Below are positions 31,361 to 43,469 of a stretch of 64,000 bases of DNA, one piece after another (positions within the stretch are counted from its first letter, which is position 1; each line of letters starts with the position of its first letter). The notes beneath the pieces are model-generated. The model had not been told where the DNA came from. It did not search any database and saw nothing but the letters and a program-made list of their open reading frames with translations. A program made the translations under genes and the position numbers. Source of the DNA: the human T2T-CHM13v2.0 reference genome, Homo sapiens; the NCBI RefSeq assembly GCF_009914755.1, contig NC_060928.1. One strand, written 5' to 3'.

Positions 31361-32889
31361 TATTAGGAAACATTGGTAATCACTATGTTAACTGACAGAA
31401 TGGGCATACACCATTAACAGCTCTTAGCCTGTGCCTCCCCAGAGCCAGATGAAACTTGCATTAAATCTAAGTAAAATGCTGTTGCAACGCAAACTTAGCT
31501 TCAAGAACATACAACTTCCAGCCAAATCACTGCTCCCACGTTCTTCTGTGTAGAAATTTTAGAACCCCCCACCCACCACTCACATTAGAATCCTAGCTTC
31601 ACCTATGTTTACTATCTTCGGATGTCTGAATCCAGAAAGTACTATACCTGTGTCCGCTTTTATACTTAAGAAAGTGAATTATAATTCCATGGTTCTACTT
31701 CTGTCTTCCTGTAGGGCTTAAACTGCCTGGTTACATTCCGTTTCTAACAAATAGCATTCAGCCTAGGATGCAATATGAGTGCACAATAATTGCTTAAGAA
31801 CTTTACTTCTAATACCATACTCTATCCATAGAAGCCATTGTTTCTAATTTGTGAGGAAATGTGAACAGGTTTGTTTTTAACTGCCACAAATATAAAAGTC
31901 AAACTAAAAAAATATGTAGGCTAAAACTTCAAGGCAATAGCACTGGCTCAATCTCAACCCCCACAATTTTCCCCATTATCTTCCTAAAGTGGTTGCAGCC
32001 TGTAATTTTAATGTTTCTTCTGAGAGTGACTCCCTCTGCTGCTTCTGCAAAGCCATGACCTAAATCAGAAAAGTGTTAAACGCAGTTAAGGCCTAATAGA
32101 GCACACTTGCTGTTGGCACTAATTGGAGAACCTAGCATACATTAGAGAACAGTTATGTTTAAGTCTCAACAATAATTCTAAATAAGCTAACAGGGTTTAC
32201 TTAGCAGAGCTCATGCCTTGTTCATGTCCTTAGGGGGGGTTGCTTAAAATAGACCCATACAAGTTCTGACTAGGACAACCAGCTCCAAACTACAATAGGA
32301 GGTGTTCGAGGACCCTGTCTTATTTAACTCTTTACCCTCAGTATCCAGAATACAGGAGTCCAGGGAGTCAATAAATGTCAGTTATAATCTAATGATTCCT
32401 AATTCTTTGCAAGTGTTTGAAAAGTTTATTCTTTGAAGATTTTAAGCATTCTCTAAGCTAGAATACACAAAATTATTTTTCTAAACAGAAGTAAACTAGC
32501 CTACTTTTCCTTATTGCATATTCCTAATGTGAATTCATAAACTTTCTGTACTCCTACAATGAAAAAGTATACGATAGAATTGTAATGAACTTTAGTTGTC
32601 TTCACTGTTGACTGTCTATTTGTACCACACCAATATGCAAACATGCATAAAGGAATTTTTACTCTTTTGTAGGAAGACATATGTTATTTAAAAAAAAAAA
32701 CTATGAATTAAGATAATAGGGAATTATCCCAATCTAATTAGAGACTTCAGTAATTTTTTGTCCTGAGTTTGGTGGTGTTAACACTCATAACACTAGTTGG
32801 AGCTAGATAAGCAGCATATCAATGCTGTGTAGCCCAGATAAAATGCATTTATAAACCAGGAGGGTCCTAATTCAGAAGCACACTGATCT

Positions 32890-32901
32890 CACACACACGC
32901 G

Positions 32902-32932
<31 letters not shown>
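32890..32932. repeat. (CA)4(CG)6(CA)11 compound microsatellite
   Basis: Directly visible. Confidence 0.95.
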
Positions 32933-32933
<1 letters not shown>

Positions 32934-35679
32934 GCCTTTTACTAGTAAAATCTTTCATTCTTGGAAGTCACAAACACTACAAATTCCCTGGAGCTAGGAG
33001 TTCCCAGCAATCCTGAATGAAACAATTAGGGCATAGCCAGAAAGGAGAAAGTTGTTGCCTACAGCCTAGAGAATTTCCCAAGGACCTATTGAAAATGACT
33101 GCTGCCTAAACCACAGTTACAAAACTCAGTACACTCACAAATAATGCCTATTCTATGTTTTATCTTAAATATCTGTTGTTTCCTTGATTATCTCTGAAGA
33201 TATATATACATACTTCTAATTTTTGCAGTACTTCAGCAACAGAATAAAAACCTCATCCACATTGTAAAGTGCTTAAAGTAACTTTCCCATGTTAATTGCT
33301 CTTGGACTTTCATTCATAAGAAATAGTTCATTTGGATCTTTAAGTCATCACCACAAGGAAATCATACCTTGAGGGTATGGGCTAGTGTTCTAGTCCAAGG
33401 AAAGGAGAAAGAAGAAGAATAAGAAGGAAAAGGAGGTCTGACTATCAGACCATTTATAAAATGTGTGATTCTGCAAGGAAAGTGTTAACGGTGGCTCAAG
33501 ATAAACAGGCTGGGTTACTGTACTGCAGTGATGAAGGTAGTAGCTGATAGTGGAGTTTGGTGCTTTATCCTTCCTTTGATAACTAACAGACAACACAGGA
33601 AGAGCTGCTATCCCTGGAACATGGAGGATAACAAAGATAAAAGCGGTGGAATAGTGCATTTTACAGACCATGAGATTCAAACAAAAATTTTACTAATCAA
33701 AAACTGAAGGAACTAAATAAACGAAATGGACAAGAACTGCAGTGAAATGCATACACCCAACGGAGTACATTTTCTTTTTCCACTTAAGATGAGAATCAGT
33801 CCCCAATCTTTAACTTGCCTACGCTACAAAAAGTGCAAGAGAAAAAGTCTATCCTAAGCATCTTTTCTTTTTAATCTCTTCTCCCTTCTTCTTTCAATAT
33901 TAATCCATTTACAATCTGCTGTTTGATTATCTTTATTGATCCTTTTTCTACCCAGTCTTTTTAATTTGGTTATTGTAAGCTCTTAGCAGGAATCCTATCT
34001 CTTGTTTGGCATCTTTGGGGACTTTAACTTGTCTTTTTCCCAAACAGTTCTCTCACCGTGCCCCGTCCCCCTCTCCCGCCACCCACCCCCATGGCTCAGT
34101 CCTTTGTATGCCCAGTAACAGCAGGCGAATTCCACAGGGAGTCGCGCGGTTGATTCCACGACTATTCATAAGGTTGTTCACTTAAGCTTCCAAACACCCC
34201 CCTCTAAGCACCCTTGGCTAGCGCCCTGAGAACTTCTTATCAATTTTAGGAAATCCACAAGCTATGATTCTCGGTGGAGATTCCTTTTTAAATAGACAGA
34301 CAGATGAACTCTGGAGGTGTGCATAAGAAAACCAGAGCAGAACCTCAGGGATGGGAGGCATCTGGCGAGAAAGGAAGGAAGGATTTATGAGCAGGGCCAC
34401 TTAGCAGGGCAGCAGGAAAATTTACTTCCGAAGAAGCTATCGCTAATTCACAAAGCCTTGCTAATCACTTACCTCTCCACCCAGACCGCACTCCTATGCT
34501 AGGCGCTCTCCTCCGCTTCCAACACCCCCATCCCCACCCCCAGCGCCTCTCTAAGATCAGAGGGAATGCTGTCCGGAAACCCTAGGGTGTCTGAACATCA
34601 CCTGGGGAGTTGGGGCTATCGTAAAGCCTCCCTTTACTCTCCAAATTTGGAAGGAAGAGTAACCGAGAGTGAAGGGAGAATCCCTGAATTGCCTCTGAAT
34701 GCTGCATAAGCTTCCTTCATTCTCTCCTCTTCCAGGAAAAGCTGAGCTGCCTCGCCTGAGCCGGCTATCACCACTGAAGTGGGCTAAGAGACCCAAGTAG
34801 GAGCTGGGCTTGGCCAGAAGTTTTGGGGCCCAGGTGACCTGAAAGAGACCCCGGAGGGGACAGCCTTGGCTCTTTCTTCTGCGCTCCCTTCCAGTCAGCT
34901 TTCCCGGCTTTGAAGGCTGGGAGCTGCTGCTAACACTTCAAACTAGGCGGACAAGAAGGGAGCCGGGCGATCAGCTCCGGAGCCTCCCCTCCTCCCTTAC
35001 CCATCCCCAACTCCCGGCCACACTCTTCCCAACCCGGCTTCGCCCAGGGCCCCGGTCACTTATGTTAAAGTTCACAGGCGTTAAATTAAAATGTCAGAGT
35101 TATAAACTGGTCGACTACCCCGGGGAGTTTCGGATTTGGTTTGAACAAGCAGCCGGTTCCCCCAGAGCTCCGGGATTTTCATTTCTACATCCCCTGGTGG
35201 GAAGCAGGCATGAAGCGGGGTATGTATGAGTGCAGAGGCATGCACATCCCGGGCCTGCCTCCAGCCGGGTACGCGGATTCGGGTGAGCTGTGTATTTCCA
35301 CAGCACCTGAAGCAGCAGGCGAGGGGGACGGGTGCTTTTGAGTCCTTGACAGTAATGGACACATTTCCTTAGCTGAGCGCCCTTCGGGGTCTAGTGTGCT
35401 CAGAGACTCAGTGAAGATCCTGCTACCCCAGTCTTGGCACAGCGCGGGGAGCCTCTGCGCATCATGCGCTTCGGGGTGCATCTACGGTATGTCACACAGC
35501 CACCCGCACCGAGAGTCTTTCCAAACCTCCGTGTGTGCAATATGCAACAACGTGCGCGTGCGGAGCTGAAAGGGCACAAGACACTCCAGGCTCCCACACG
35601 TATGGAGACGGATCGGCTGCGTGTCCACACCCCGTTCGTCCCTGGTCCATTCGTGCCCATCTCAGAAGATAGATTAAAC

Positions 35680-35710
35680 ATAATAATAATAATAATTATT
35701 ATTATTATAA
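35680..35710. repeat. (TAA)n(TTA)n palindromic microsatellite
   Basis: 26-bp perfect palindrome at 35683-35708. Confidence 0.9.
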
Positions 35711-35870
35711 TCAAAGCTTCTTGACTAGTTGGGAAAGTGGAATTTAGAGTGGTTTCCAGTTGAAAGCAACGAGGCAAATTGAGGAAGTCAAGAGAACTGG
35801 GGAGGAGGAGAGGAAGGAGGGAAGGAAGAAGCTAAGGGAGGTGGCCGCGGAGCTTGGCGGACCCCCTTAC

Positions 35871-35994
35871 CTTGGGCGGCGGAGCCAGTGCCGCTGGCGC
35901 TGAGCAGGGCCAGGGCAGGTAGCACGAGCATTTGCAGCAAGTATCCCAGTCCCAGTCCGCAGCGGGCCGCTGTCGCCCGCAGACCTTTCCTCAT
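35871..35994 (-). CDS. UNC5C: UNC5C (netrin receptor) coding exon 1: signal peptide MRKGLRATAARCGLGLGYLLQMLVLPALALLSASGTGSAAQ plus 1 nt of the next codon
   Basis: ATG at 35994-35992 in context TCTACG-ATG (A at -3). The translation is the recognised UNC5C N-terminus with a hydrophobic h-region. Canonical donor CAAG|GTAAGG after 124 nt. Lies inside a CpG island. Confidence 0.96.
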
Positions 35995-36350
35995 CGTAGA
36001 CAGAGGTGTGCCGGGGGGAGGGGAGGGGGACAGAGAGACGCGCAAACAGCTGAAAGCCCCACTGGGCAGAAGCTGAATCCGTGCACCGCGAAGCAGTCCG
36101 AAGAAATAACGACAACCAAGCGCCACACTCCACTTTCTCCAAAGGCAGGGGCCAAAAGGGGGAGGAGAGGAGACGCCGAGGAGGAGTTTGAAGGTCCCTC
36201 TTTCCCAATGCCTTCTAACTGACGTCTCCCGCGAGCGACTGCTCTGCCCCCACTTGGGAAGTCCAGGGAGGCGCAAGGCGGCCACCTCCGCCGCTCCCCC
36301 CAGCAGCAGGAGCAGCCGCAGCTCCGCCGCACGCCGAAGTCTGGACTGCT
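35995..36350 (-). other. UNC5C: UNC5C 5'UTR / TSS region (upstream limit uncertain)
   Basis: GC-rich sequence immediately upstream of the ATG. No minus-strand ATG until ~36555. The TSS cannot be fixed from sequence. Confidence 0.6.
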
Positions 36351-37609
36351 CTCCGGGTCCCCTCGCCTGTGAGGAACACACACAGACACCGGGGGTGGGG
36401 GTGGGGGTGGGGGTTGAAGTGGGGGGAGTTGGAGGAGGAGGGAACGGAGGGAGGAAGCTTGGGCACCGTCAGGCGCTCTGGTCTCCAATCTCAGTGTTCT
36501 CACGCCGGCGGAGAGATGTCCCGGCTGTCGCTGCTGGGTGGCCAAGGAGGTTCACATCCTAGAGTAGGGCGCACGGGTGCGCGAAGGCGCTCGCCAAGGA
36601 GGCGTAGAGGGCGCAGCACAACTCCTCTGGGGGGTAACCGGGGGCGGGAGCACGCCCGCCCGCCTTATGTAAGCAAGGATTGCAGGGAGATCAGCGCCCA
36701 GGAGACCAGCTGTGGGTTTGCCCGCTGAAGCCGAGGCGAGACAGACCAGGGGACGAAGCGGCTGCGGAGAGTGGCAGCGCGCCTGCCTCCCGCGGTGCGC
36801 CAGACCTGGACGCCGGGAGTGCAGCGGGCGCGCCCCGGGCCACTAGGCTGTGTCCAGTGGAGCTCAGCCTGCCGCCTGCCACCTTCTTCGCCGCGCCGGC
36901 AAAGCCTCAGCCGAATTCCCTAGGACTGGACTCGGTCTACGACTTCGGGTCTCGCGGTTGACGAAGCCGGTGCGGGCTCGAACTGAAGTCCTTCTTGGTT
37001 GGGGAAGAAGGCATGAAGCTTTTGCACTGCCCCAGCCGGCTGCTGTCCTGGGGTTGTCAGCGCCAGTCAGACTGCTTTATGTTCTGAGCGCGTATGACCC
37101 CTTTGCAGTGGAACAGAAACTAAAAGCTCGACGGAAACTCATTCTGCAACAGTGCTTTCTTTGCGTGCATGTTGGTGGCTGACAAGGGTGGTGATGCGAT
37201 ACCGAGAGAAACTCTCTTAGAAAAAAAAAATGCAAAGCAAAATTTGTAGATACTCAAAGTGATGGTGGAGCCTATAACATGTTTTTCAAATTTCTAATAG
37301 TGTGTGTAAGAACTCGAGCTGCTATGAATTTGTTTACCTTTCTACAGGAAATAATTGTCTACGTAGCTGGGTTGTGAATCCCTGTGGTCATGATGGAGGG
37401 ATGCAAGATTGGGTGGGTAAAATAAGACTAGACAAAAGGAAAGTGAATTTATTAAAAGGTCAACACACAGACACAGACAACATTTTGGGAAAAAGAAAAT
37501 CACTTCCCAAGATTAGCATGTCTTTAAACTAATAATACATCAGGGAATTTTATGCTCTTGGTGCCAAGGGGGCCATGTGTAAACACGCATGCACACACAC
37601 ACGCAGGAA

Positions 37610-37752
37610 ACATGAGGTCTAATTTTGGCTGTGGTCATAACTACTCTGTTACCCTGGGTAAGTCAGGTAACCTGTGAATGTCTCAGTTTCTTCATTTGTG
37701 AAATATTTTGATAGTTTCAAAGTTCTCTTAAGTTCTAACATTCTATGATTCT
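37610..37752 (+). mobile_element. MIR3/MIR fragment
   Basis: 'tctcagtttcttcatttgtgaaa...ttctaacattctatgattct'. Confidence 0.65.
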
Positions 37753-37944
37753 GCCTGCACAGCCCCATCTAGGCAATAAGACCTATCTCGGATGAATCAG
37801 GGAGATCCGAAAAGGTAGTATTTGCCAAAGACATTGACAAAACTGGCCACTTCTTATTTCTGTGGAGACTCTGTCCACCACACAAAACCCTTCTTCACTC
37901 TCTTCATCTTCTCCATACCAAGACATCAAGATATTTGACAACAG

Positions 37945-38150
37945 GGTGGGTGCTGGCACCAGACTGTCTGCCTTCAGTTCTTAGCATTTCTTATTACTTG
38001 ACTGATATTGAACATTAAAGCTAGGTGCCTCTCTTCCCTAATTTGTAAGATGGGTCTAGTAACAGGAACTATCTCATAGGGTTATTTGAGGATTATGTAA
38101 GTTAAACATATGTAAAATGCCTGACGCCAAAATTGTAAACTGCTGTTCTT
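37945..38150 (+). mobile_element. MIR
   Basis: 'atttgtaagatggg...tctcatagggttatttgaggattatgtaagttaa'. Confidence 0.7.
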
Positions 38151-38192
38151 ACCATTGATGAAAAATTCCCATTAGCCTCATGCTATCTACAC

Positions 38193-38378
38193 CAGTGCTG
38201 TTCAGCAGAAATTTCTGCAATGAAGAACATGTTCATATCTGTACTTTCTGAGGTCGTAGTTATGAGATACATGTGGCTACTTGCATGCAATGTGGCTAGT
38301 GTGAATTGGAAATTTTTATTTAATTTTAATTTAAATAGTCACATGTGGCCAGCAGCTACCATATTTTATGGTGTATCG
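38193..38378 (+). mobile_element. MER3 (hAT-Charlie)
   Basis: CAGTGCTGTTCA start, repeated 'acatgtggc' motifs and an AT-rich core, as in MER3. Confidence 0.82.
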
Positions 38379-38544
38379 AGGCCACTAATAACTTGTCAAG
38401 TATTTTGAGAATGACTTCACAAGGGATTATTATTATACTTTATATTTATATGTACAATTTTACTAAGAAGGACAACAGCTTAAGTACTAAGAAATCTCCA
38501 CACATACTCACCATCACATCAACGACATCCAAAAGTTATTTATT

Positions 38545-38680
38545 TACAATTTTATTGCCTGTCTTCTTAAATTAGAATTTAACTCTTTTAAGACAGAGAT
38601 TTTGCCTTTGTTCATTATTTCAACCACAGCTCCTAAACTGAGCCTGATATATAGTTGGTACTCAATCAATATTGACTGAT
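38545..38680 (+). mobile_element. L2 3' end
   Basis: 'gacagagattttgcctttgttca...gcctgatatatagttggtactcaatcaatatt'. Confidence 0.65.
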
Positions 38681-39149
38681 TTCCTGCCAAAAAAGCTCAA
38701 TGGGGAAGACTCCTCAAAGTCTAGGACAGCTAAAGAAGGTTGAAATTGTCGCCTACTCCTGTTTGGGGTATTGAGGTACTCAGTGACAGATACCACATGC
38801 AATTAGTTCCTTAAAATAAAGAATACGAGATTAAAAGAGGAAATGTAGTTAAATACTGAAATTCAGCCTAAAGATGGCAGGAGAATGGTTTGAGAAGTGG
38901 TATAGAGTAATGAGGTGGAAAAGGGGGAAGAGAGTGAGAGCACCACACAAAGGACAGGAAAAACACCAGCAATACATCAGCTTTACACAGCAGGCAAGTT
39001 TCCTGCTCTCTACAAGTACAGATGGAACTTGTCTTGTGAATTAACATCCTGACTACTTTTGTTGATCATCACATTTTTTCCTCATGAGAGAAATAATAGT
39101 GTTTTATAGGCTCCTGAGAATAGGTTTACTAAAGTCATCGAGATCTGGG

Positions 39150-39465
39150 TTCAAATGACACTGCTTAGGGAGGCATTCACTGATCAAGTTACCTAAAATA
39201 GCAACAATCTATCATCCAAAATATCATTTGCCAGCTTTGATTTTGCATATAACACTTACTTTATATATGTACATATATGTGTATATATATATTTGTGTGT
39301 GTGTGTGTGTATACATGTATATATATATGCAGTCTGCAATAAAATGTATGCTTCTCAGGGGAGAAATTTTTTTCTAATACATTCAGTGCTCTATACCCAG
39401 AACCTGGAACAATACCTTGTACATAATAGGTGATCAATAAATACTTACTGAATATTGAATGGATT
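39150..39465 (+). mobile_element. L2a 3' end with internal (TA)/(TG) microsatellite
   Basis: 'cccagaacctggaacaatacc..acataataggtgatcaataaatacttactgaat...gaatgga'. Confidence 0.75.
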
Positions 39466-40324
39466 GAATCAGAACCAATGGATTTAAAATTGAGCTAAGT
39501 CCTTCATTAAACCTTCTTCCTCTCCTCTTCAGCCTCTCAAGTTATCAAATTATGAGTAGGCTTTTCTAGTTGTTGAATAAAATCAAGTTTTGCCAAATTT
39601 TCACCAAAAATTTATTGGAATTTGACTTTTTAGGGTTGGAATACTGCAGGTGTTTAAGGAACAGACAGGAAATTCATCTCATCTTGAAAAATGAAAAGCT
39701 TCATTTAAATCCATATACAAGGGCTTTCTTTTTCTTGGCTGCAGTGAGTGGAGAATTAACTCTGGGATAATAAATCCCAGTGACAGGTGCTAATGGGAAT
39801 TAAGCATGCAAATCCCCTGCATATCCCTCCAGAAATCTACACCAAGAAAAGTATGCTATTTAGCATGTAGGCTGCTTCATAATAATATCATTTACTCGGA
39901 ACTAGTACTGAAAAAGTTTCCAGTTTAAAGCTTAAATCAAAAACAATTGATCATATATTTTAATTATGGAAATATTTTCTTTCATTGTATCTCTCTCCTT
40001 ATATGTTTGATTCCTCACTTTTTATATTTTTTGTGTAGGTTTAAAAATAAATCTTCATACCAGGGATATTATTAACTGCATTAACTGGCAACATAGGAGA
40101 AAGAGGATTTTAGTGAATAAATAGGATGGTGATGAGGAAAACTCCTTTCCTACAAGTTGGGAGTTCAGAGACCTCACATAATGTTACTGATAGACATCAA
40201 CGAAGGAGAGCCAGATGGTCTAGATTCAGTTGATTCAATCCTCCTTCCCTGCCTTAGCCCAGAGAAAGAGATTTAACTTGTCATAAACCAAAACTCTCTA
40301 GGGCTTTCTGCTTTTTATTAATTC

Positions 40325-41105
40325 TATTAGATAAGACCCATTTGGTTGCAAGTGAAAGAAACCCAACTCGAACCAGCTTAAGCAAAAAGATAATTTATCA
40401 CTGTGCATAACTCAAAAACTATGGATAAGAAATATCTATTTAATAATAGATACCATTTACTATCACTCACTGTGTGTCAGGCACTTTCTAAGCTCTTTAC
40501 ATGTGCTATCTCATTTAATCATCATAACTGAATGAAAGTGCCATTATTATCTCCGTTTCATAAATGAGGAAACAGAGTGGTTATGTAACTTTGCCCAAGG
40601 TCACACACAGTTAGTATTTACTAGCGACAGTCTGATTTGAGGGATGATGTCTTAGACCCATGAATTTAAATATCACTCATGGGACTTAGTACTTCCCCCC
40701 ACCCTCAATATCTTGGTTATGCTCTCCTCTGTTTTGGTTTCATTCACAGACTTATGATCTCCATCCTGGGATTCCCAGCAGCTCCAGGTTTACATTGTCT
40801 TTATCATTGTCAATCTCAACACAAAGCACACTCGTTTCCAAATGGCAAAAAATAAATACAGAATTATGGCCCTGGCCTATCTTGGGCCACATACTCACAA
40901 CTGAGGCAATTACCATGGCCAGATGTTTGGCATATACTGAATGGCAAGGCCTGGTCATGTGCCAATATTTGCCAACTGGAAACTTGGATTGAAAATGGGG
41001 ATAAGGGGTTCTCCAAAAGGATACAATAGAAAATGATTAATACAAAAAAAAAAAAAGATGCCAAAGAGAATGGATGTAGGGCAGACAAAATAACAAATCC
41101 CTATT
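40325..41105 (-). mobile_element. MaLR LTR (MLT1K-like), interrupted by a MIR
   Basis: 'ggttgcaagtgaaagaaacccaactcgaaccagcttaagcaaaaag' and 'attaccatggccag...tggcaaggcctggtcatgtgcc'. Confidence 0.72.
40443..40650 (-). mobile_element. MIR nested in the MLT1K-like LTR
   Basis: 'tgtgtcaggcactttctaagc...atgaggaaacagag...gcccaaggtcacac'. Confidence 0.82.
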
Positions 41106-41484
41106 CTGTGGTATATGAGGCAAGATGAGTTCTCCAGGCTTTTGTGCAACAACACATCACTGTAGCAAAAGAAGAGCACTAGTTAAGAAAGGCTGAAGAG
41201 CAGCCAGCCCCCTGTGGATTGCTTTTCCCATTAACTGACTGGAAGAATTAAATCCAATTCAATTCAGAAAACTTTCACTTCCCCCCTGTTATATTGTGGG
41301 TCCACTCTAGGATCCCTAGGGAAAAATATGCATGAGGTATAGTCCTTGTGTAGCAATGGCTCAGAATCTTACAGGCAATATAAATGAATAAACAAAAGGA
41401 TTTTAAATAAACACAAAAATGTTGTGGGAATATAAGGATATGGGAGCCTGAGAAGAAGATTTACCTAAAAGTAAGACACACACT

Positions 41485-41890
41485 TGTGTATCAGCAATAC
41501 TGTTCTTCACACAATGGGTGTATTTATCTCTAACGATAAGGAACCTGGGAGTAGACAGTACATGGCCACTGTGGAAGCTCAGTTATGCTCTTTTCATGTC
41601 TTGGCTCCATGCTCCAGAATGTACAGCTTTCATTCTCACAGTTGCTTGATAGCTTTTCCACCTCCAGGAGTCATGTTTCACTTTTCAGGCAGAAGAAGGT
41701 GGAACAGTCCTGAGGGGCTGCATCTAGCCTAGATGCCTTCCAAATAACTTTTCTGGAAGCCCTCAGCCCAAGTAGTTTCCATTTCCTTGACGGTCTGTCA
41801 AATAGCCCCCTAAGATCAATCACAAATGGTGGATAAGGAGAAGGGTGTTGTGCATGTTGGCCAGATCATCTGAGTTGGACACAACTCTGT
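41485..41890 (-). mobile_element. Old MaLR LTR fragment (MLT1J/L-like)
   Basis: 'ccacctccaggagtcatgtttcacttttcaggcagaagaagg' resembles late MLT1 elements. Confidence 0.45.
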
Positions 41891-42029
41891 TGGAGAGGAG
41901 CAACAAGGGGAAGGCACAGAAAGAAAGACATTAAGACAGGGCATTTGAGGGTGTATTTGAAGAATTACAGGTAAATGAAAAATAGTTCTATAGTTGGTTG
42001 AGAAAAAAAGGAGAAAAGGGAGGAAAGTG

Positions 42030-42177
42030 TTTTCTTTTTTCTTTTTTCTTTTTTTAGAGATGGAGTCTTGCTATGTTGCCCAGGCTGGAGTTCACTGGCT
42101 ATTCACAGGTGCAATTATAGGGCACGACAGCCTTGAACTCCTGGCCTCAAGTGATCCTCTTGCCTCAGTCTCTGGAG
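42030..42177 (-). mobile_element. FAM (fossil Alu monomer)
   Basis: Monomer retaining the 7SL-derived 'ggctattcacaggtgcaat' segment that dimeric Alus lack. Confidence 0.82.
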
Positions 42178-42349
42178 TCTCCAAAACAGGGGAAGGGTGA
42201 GTGTGTTTTCTATCACATTGGGAAATAGAAAGATGGAAAGGACTCCATTATTCAGTTCACTAAAGTGTATTTACTGAACTTTTGGAAATTGTGTAGCATT
42301 GAGGTAGAGTTTCATGGAGTTTATAGTTGGACTGTAGAAATAATATTTA

Positions 42350-42502
42350 TAAAAAAGAAGCAAAGCAAAAAATAAAGAAAGATACCAGGAAAGATGGAGA
42401 AAAAAGAAAGGAAAGGGAGAAAAGAAGAAAGGATGCAGGGGACAAAGGAAGAAAGGGAAAGAAGAAAGACAAAAAGAAGAAATAAAGGAAGAGATAAATA
42501 AA
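42350..42502 (+). repeat. GA-rich low-complexity tract
   Basis: About 150 bp, strongly purine-biased on the + strand. Confidence 0.8.
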
Positions 42503-43469
42503 ATCCAGTGTGATTTCTGCATTGGTGTAGCATGTTGTAACTGCTATTAGAGGGAGCAAACAATGAAAAGGTCAATAAAAACTTAAGGAAAATAATAGAA
42601 TATCTAATTTAGAAGAGTATTACTGGGGATAGAGATTATAATTATTGCTTACCAGAGCTTTTCTAATATCTCATTTTATTTTAAATTTATCTGCCAAGTT
42701 AGACCATAGTCGTTTTTCTCATTTTACAGATGGAAGAAATAAAATACATAATGGAATGGTGGGAAGACTCCGGATCAGGAAACATGAATTTAAGTCTCCA
42801 TTTATCTAAGTTATTTGCTCAGAAATCCCTGTAAGTTCTTTGCACGTATTTGTTATAAGAAATGATAACAATATGAATGCACAAAGTTCCTGTGACTATA
42901 AAATCTGTGTGAAAGTGCTTTGTAATATGTCTATACTGAAGATGTCATTATGGTAAGATATGCTTTACATTGTCTATTGTACTTAATTTACATAATCATC
43001 TGAAGAATAGTATTAGTGATGTGGCTTTCTATACATGAATGATACCACCCTAGTATAACCTCTGGAGCTATTCTCAGTATCTCCCTCCTTTGCCCACATC
43101 ACCTATTCAATTACTATTTTATAAGTCCATTCAATTTCACTACTTAAAGGGCTACAGGATCTATCCCATTATCACCAGCCCTACAGACTCACAATATATT
43201 TGCTTGTTACCGAGAGGTCTTGTAATTATTTCCTTAGTAGCTAGTTTGCCTTTACATTCTAATCCATGCTCTCCACACCTCCCAGAAAGACCTTCTAAAA
43301 TGTAAAACCTGTCATTTTACTGTCCTAAAATCTTATTCAATGATTCCTCACTGCCCCAGACCTGCTTTTCCAAAGACCATTACAGGGAACTCCTGTCCTT
43401 AAAAAAGCAGTTCTAGAATGAACAGAGGATGATAGGTTGCAGTATTCTTTATTCTTTACTCCTTTCCAG

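Larger units (their letters stand above)
35100..37100. promoter_or_regulatory. CpG island, bidirectional promoter of UNC5C
   Basis: Sharp rise in GC and CpG (core ~35840-36990) in an otherwise CpG-depleted window. CRE-like TGACGTCT 36220-36227, GC box GGGGCGGG ~36641, D-box TTATGTAA 36665-36672. Confidence 0.92.
36270..39600 (+). ncRNA. UNC5C-AS1: Probable divergent antisense lncRNA UNC5C-AS1 (extent approximate)
   Basis: Recalled head-to-head lncRNA at this promoter. Plus-strand AATAAA at 39576-39581 (others near 39338 and 39436). Exon structure is not determinable here. Confidence 0.5.

Noticed and set aside
34125-34165. Possible hairpin AGTCG...CGACT in the CpG shore
   Set aside because: The stem is too short and interrupted to exceed chance.
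35788-36381. 197-aa ORF as a single-exon protein
   Set aside because: Only 35994-35871 is real CDS. The C-terminal part reads through the splice donor and the ORF starts at a non-ATG codon.
35081-37182. Dense overlapping ORFs on both strands around the promoter
   Set aside because: Expected from stop-codon depletion in a CpG island. Low-complexity G/R/P/A translations with no recognisable domain.
42271-42575. Hydrophobic Phe/Leu/Ser-rich ORFs resembling membrane proteins
   Set aside because: Artefact of translating the pyrimidine strand of a GA-rich low-complexity tract.
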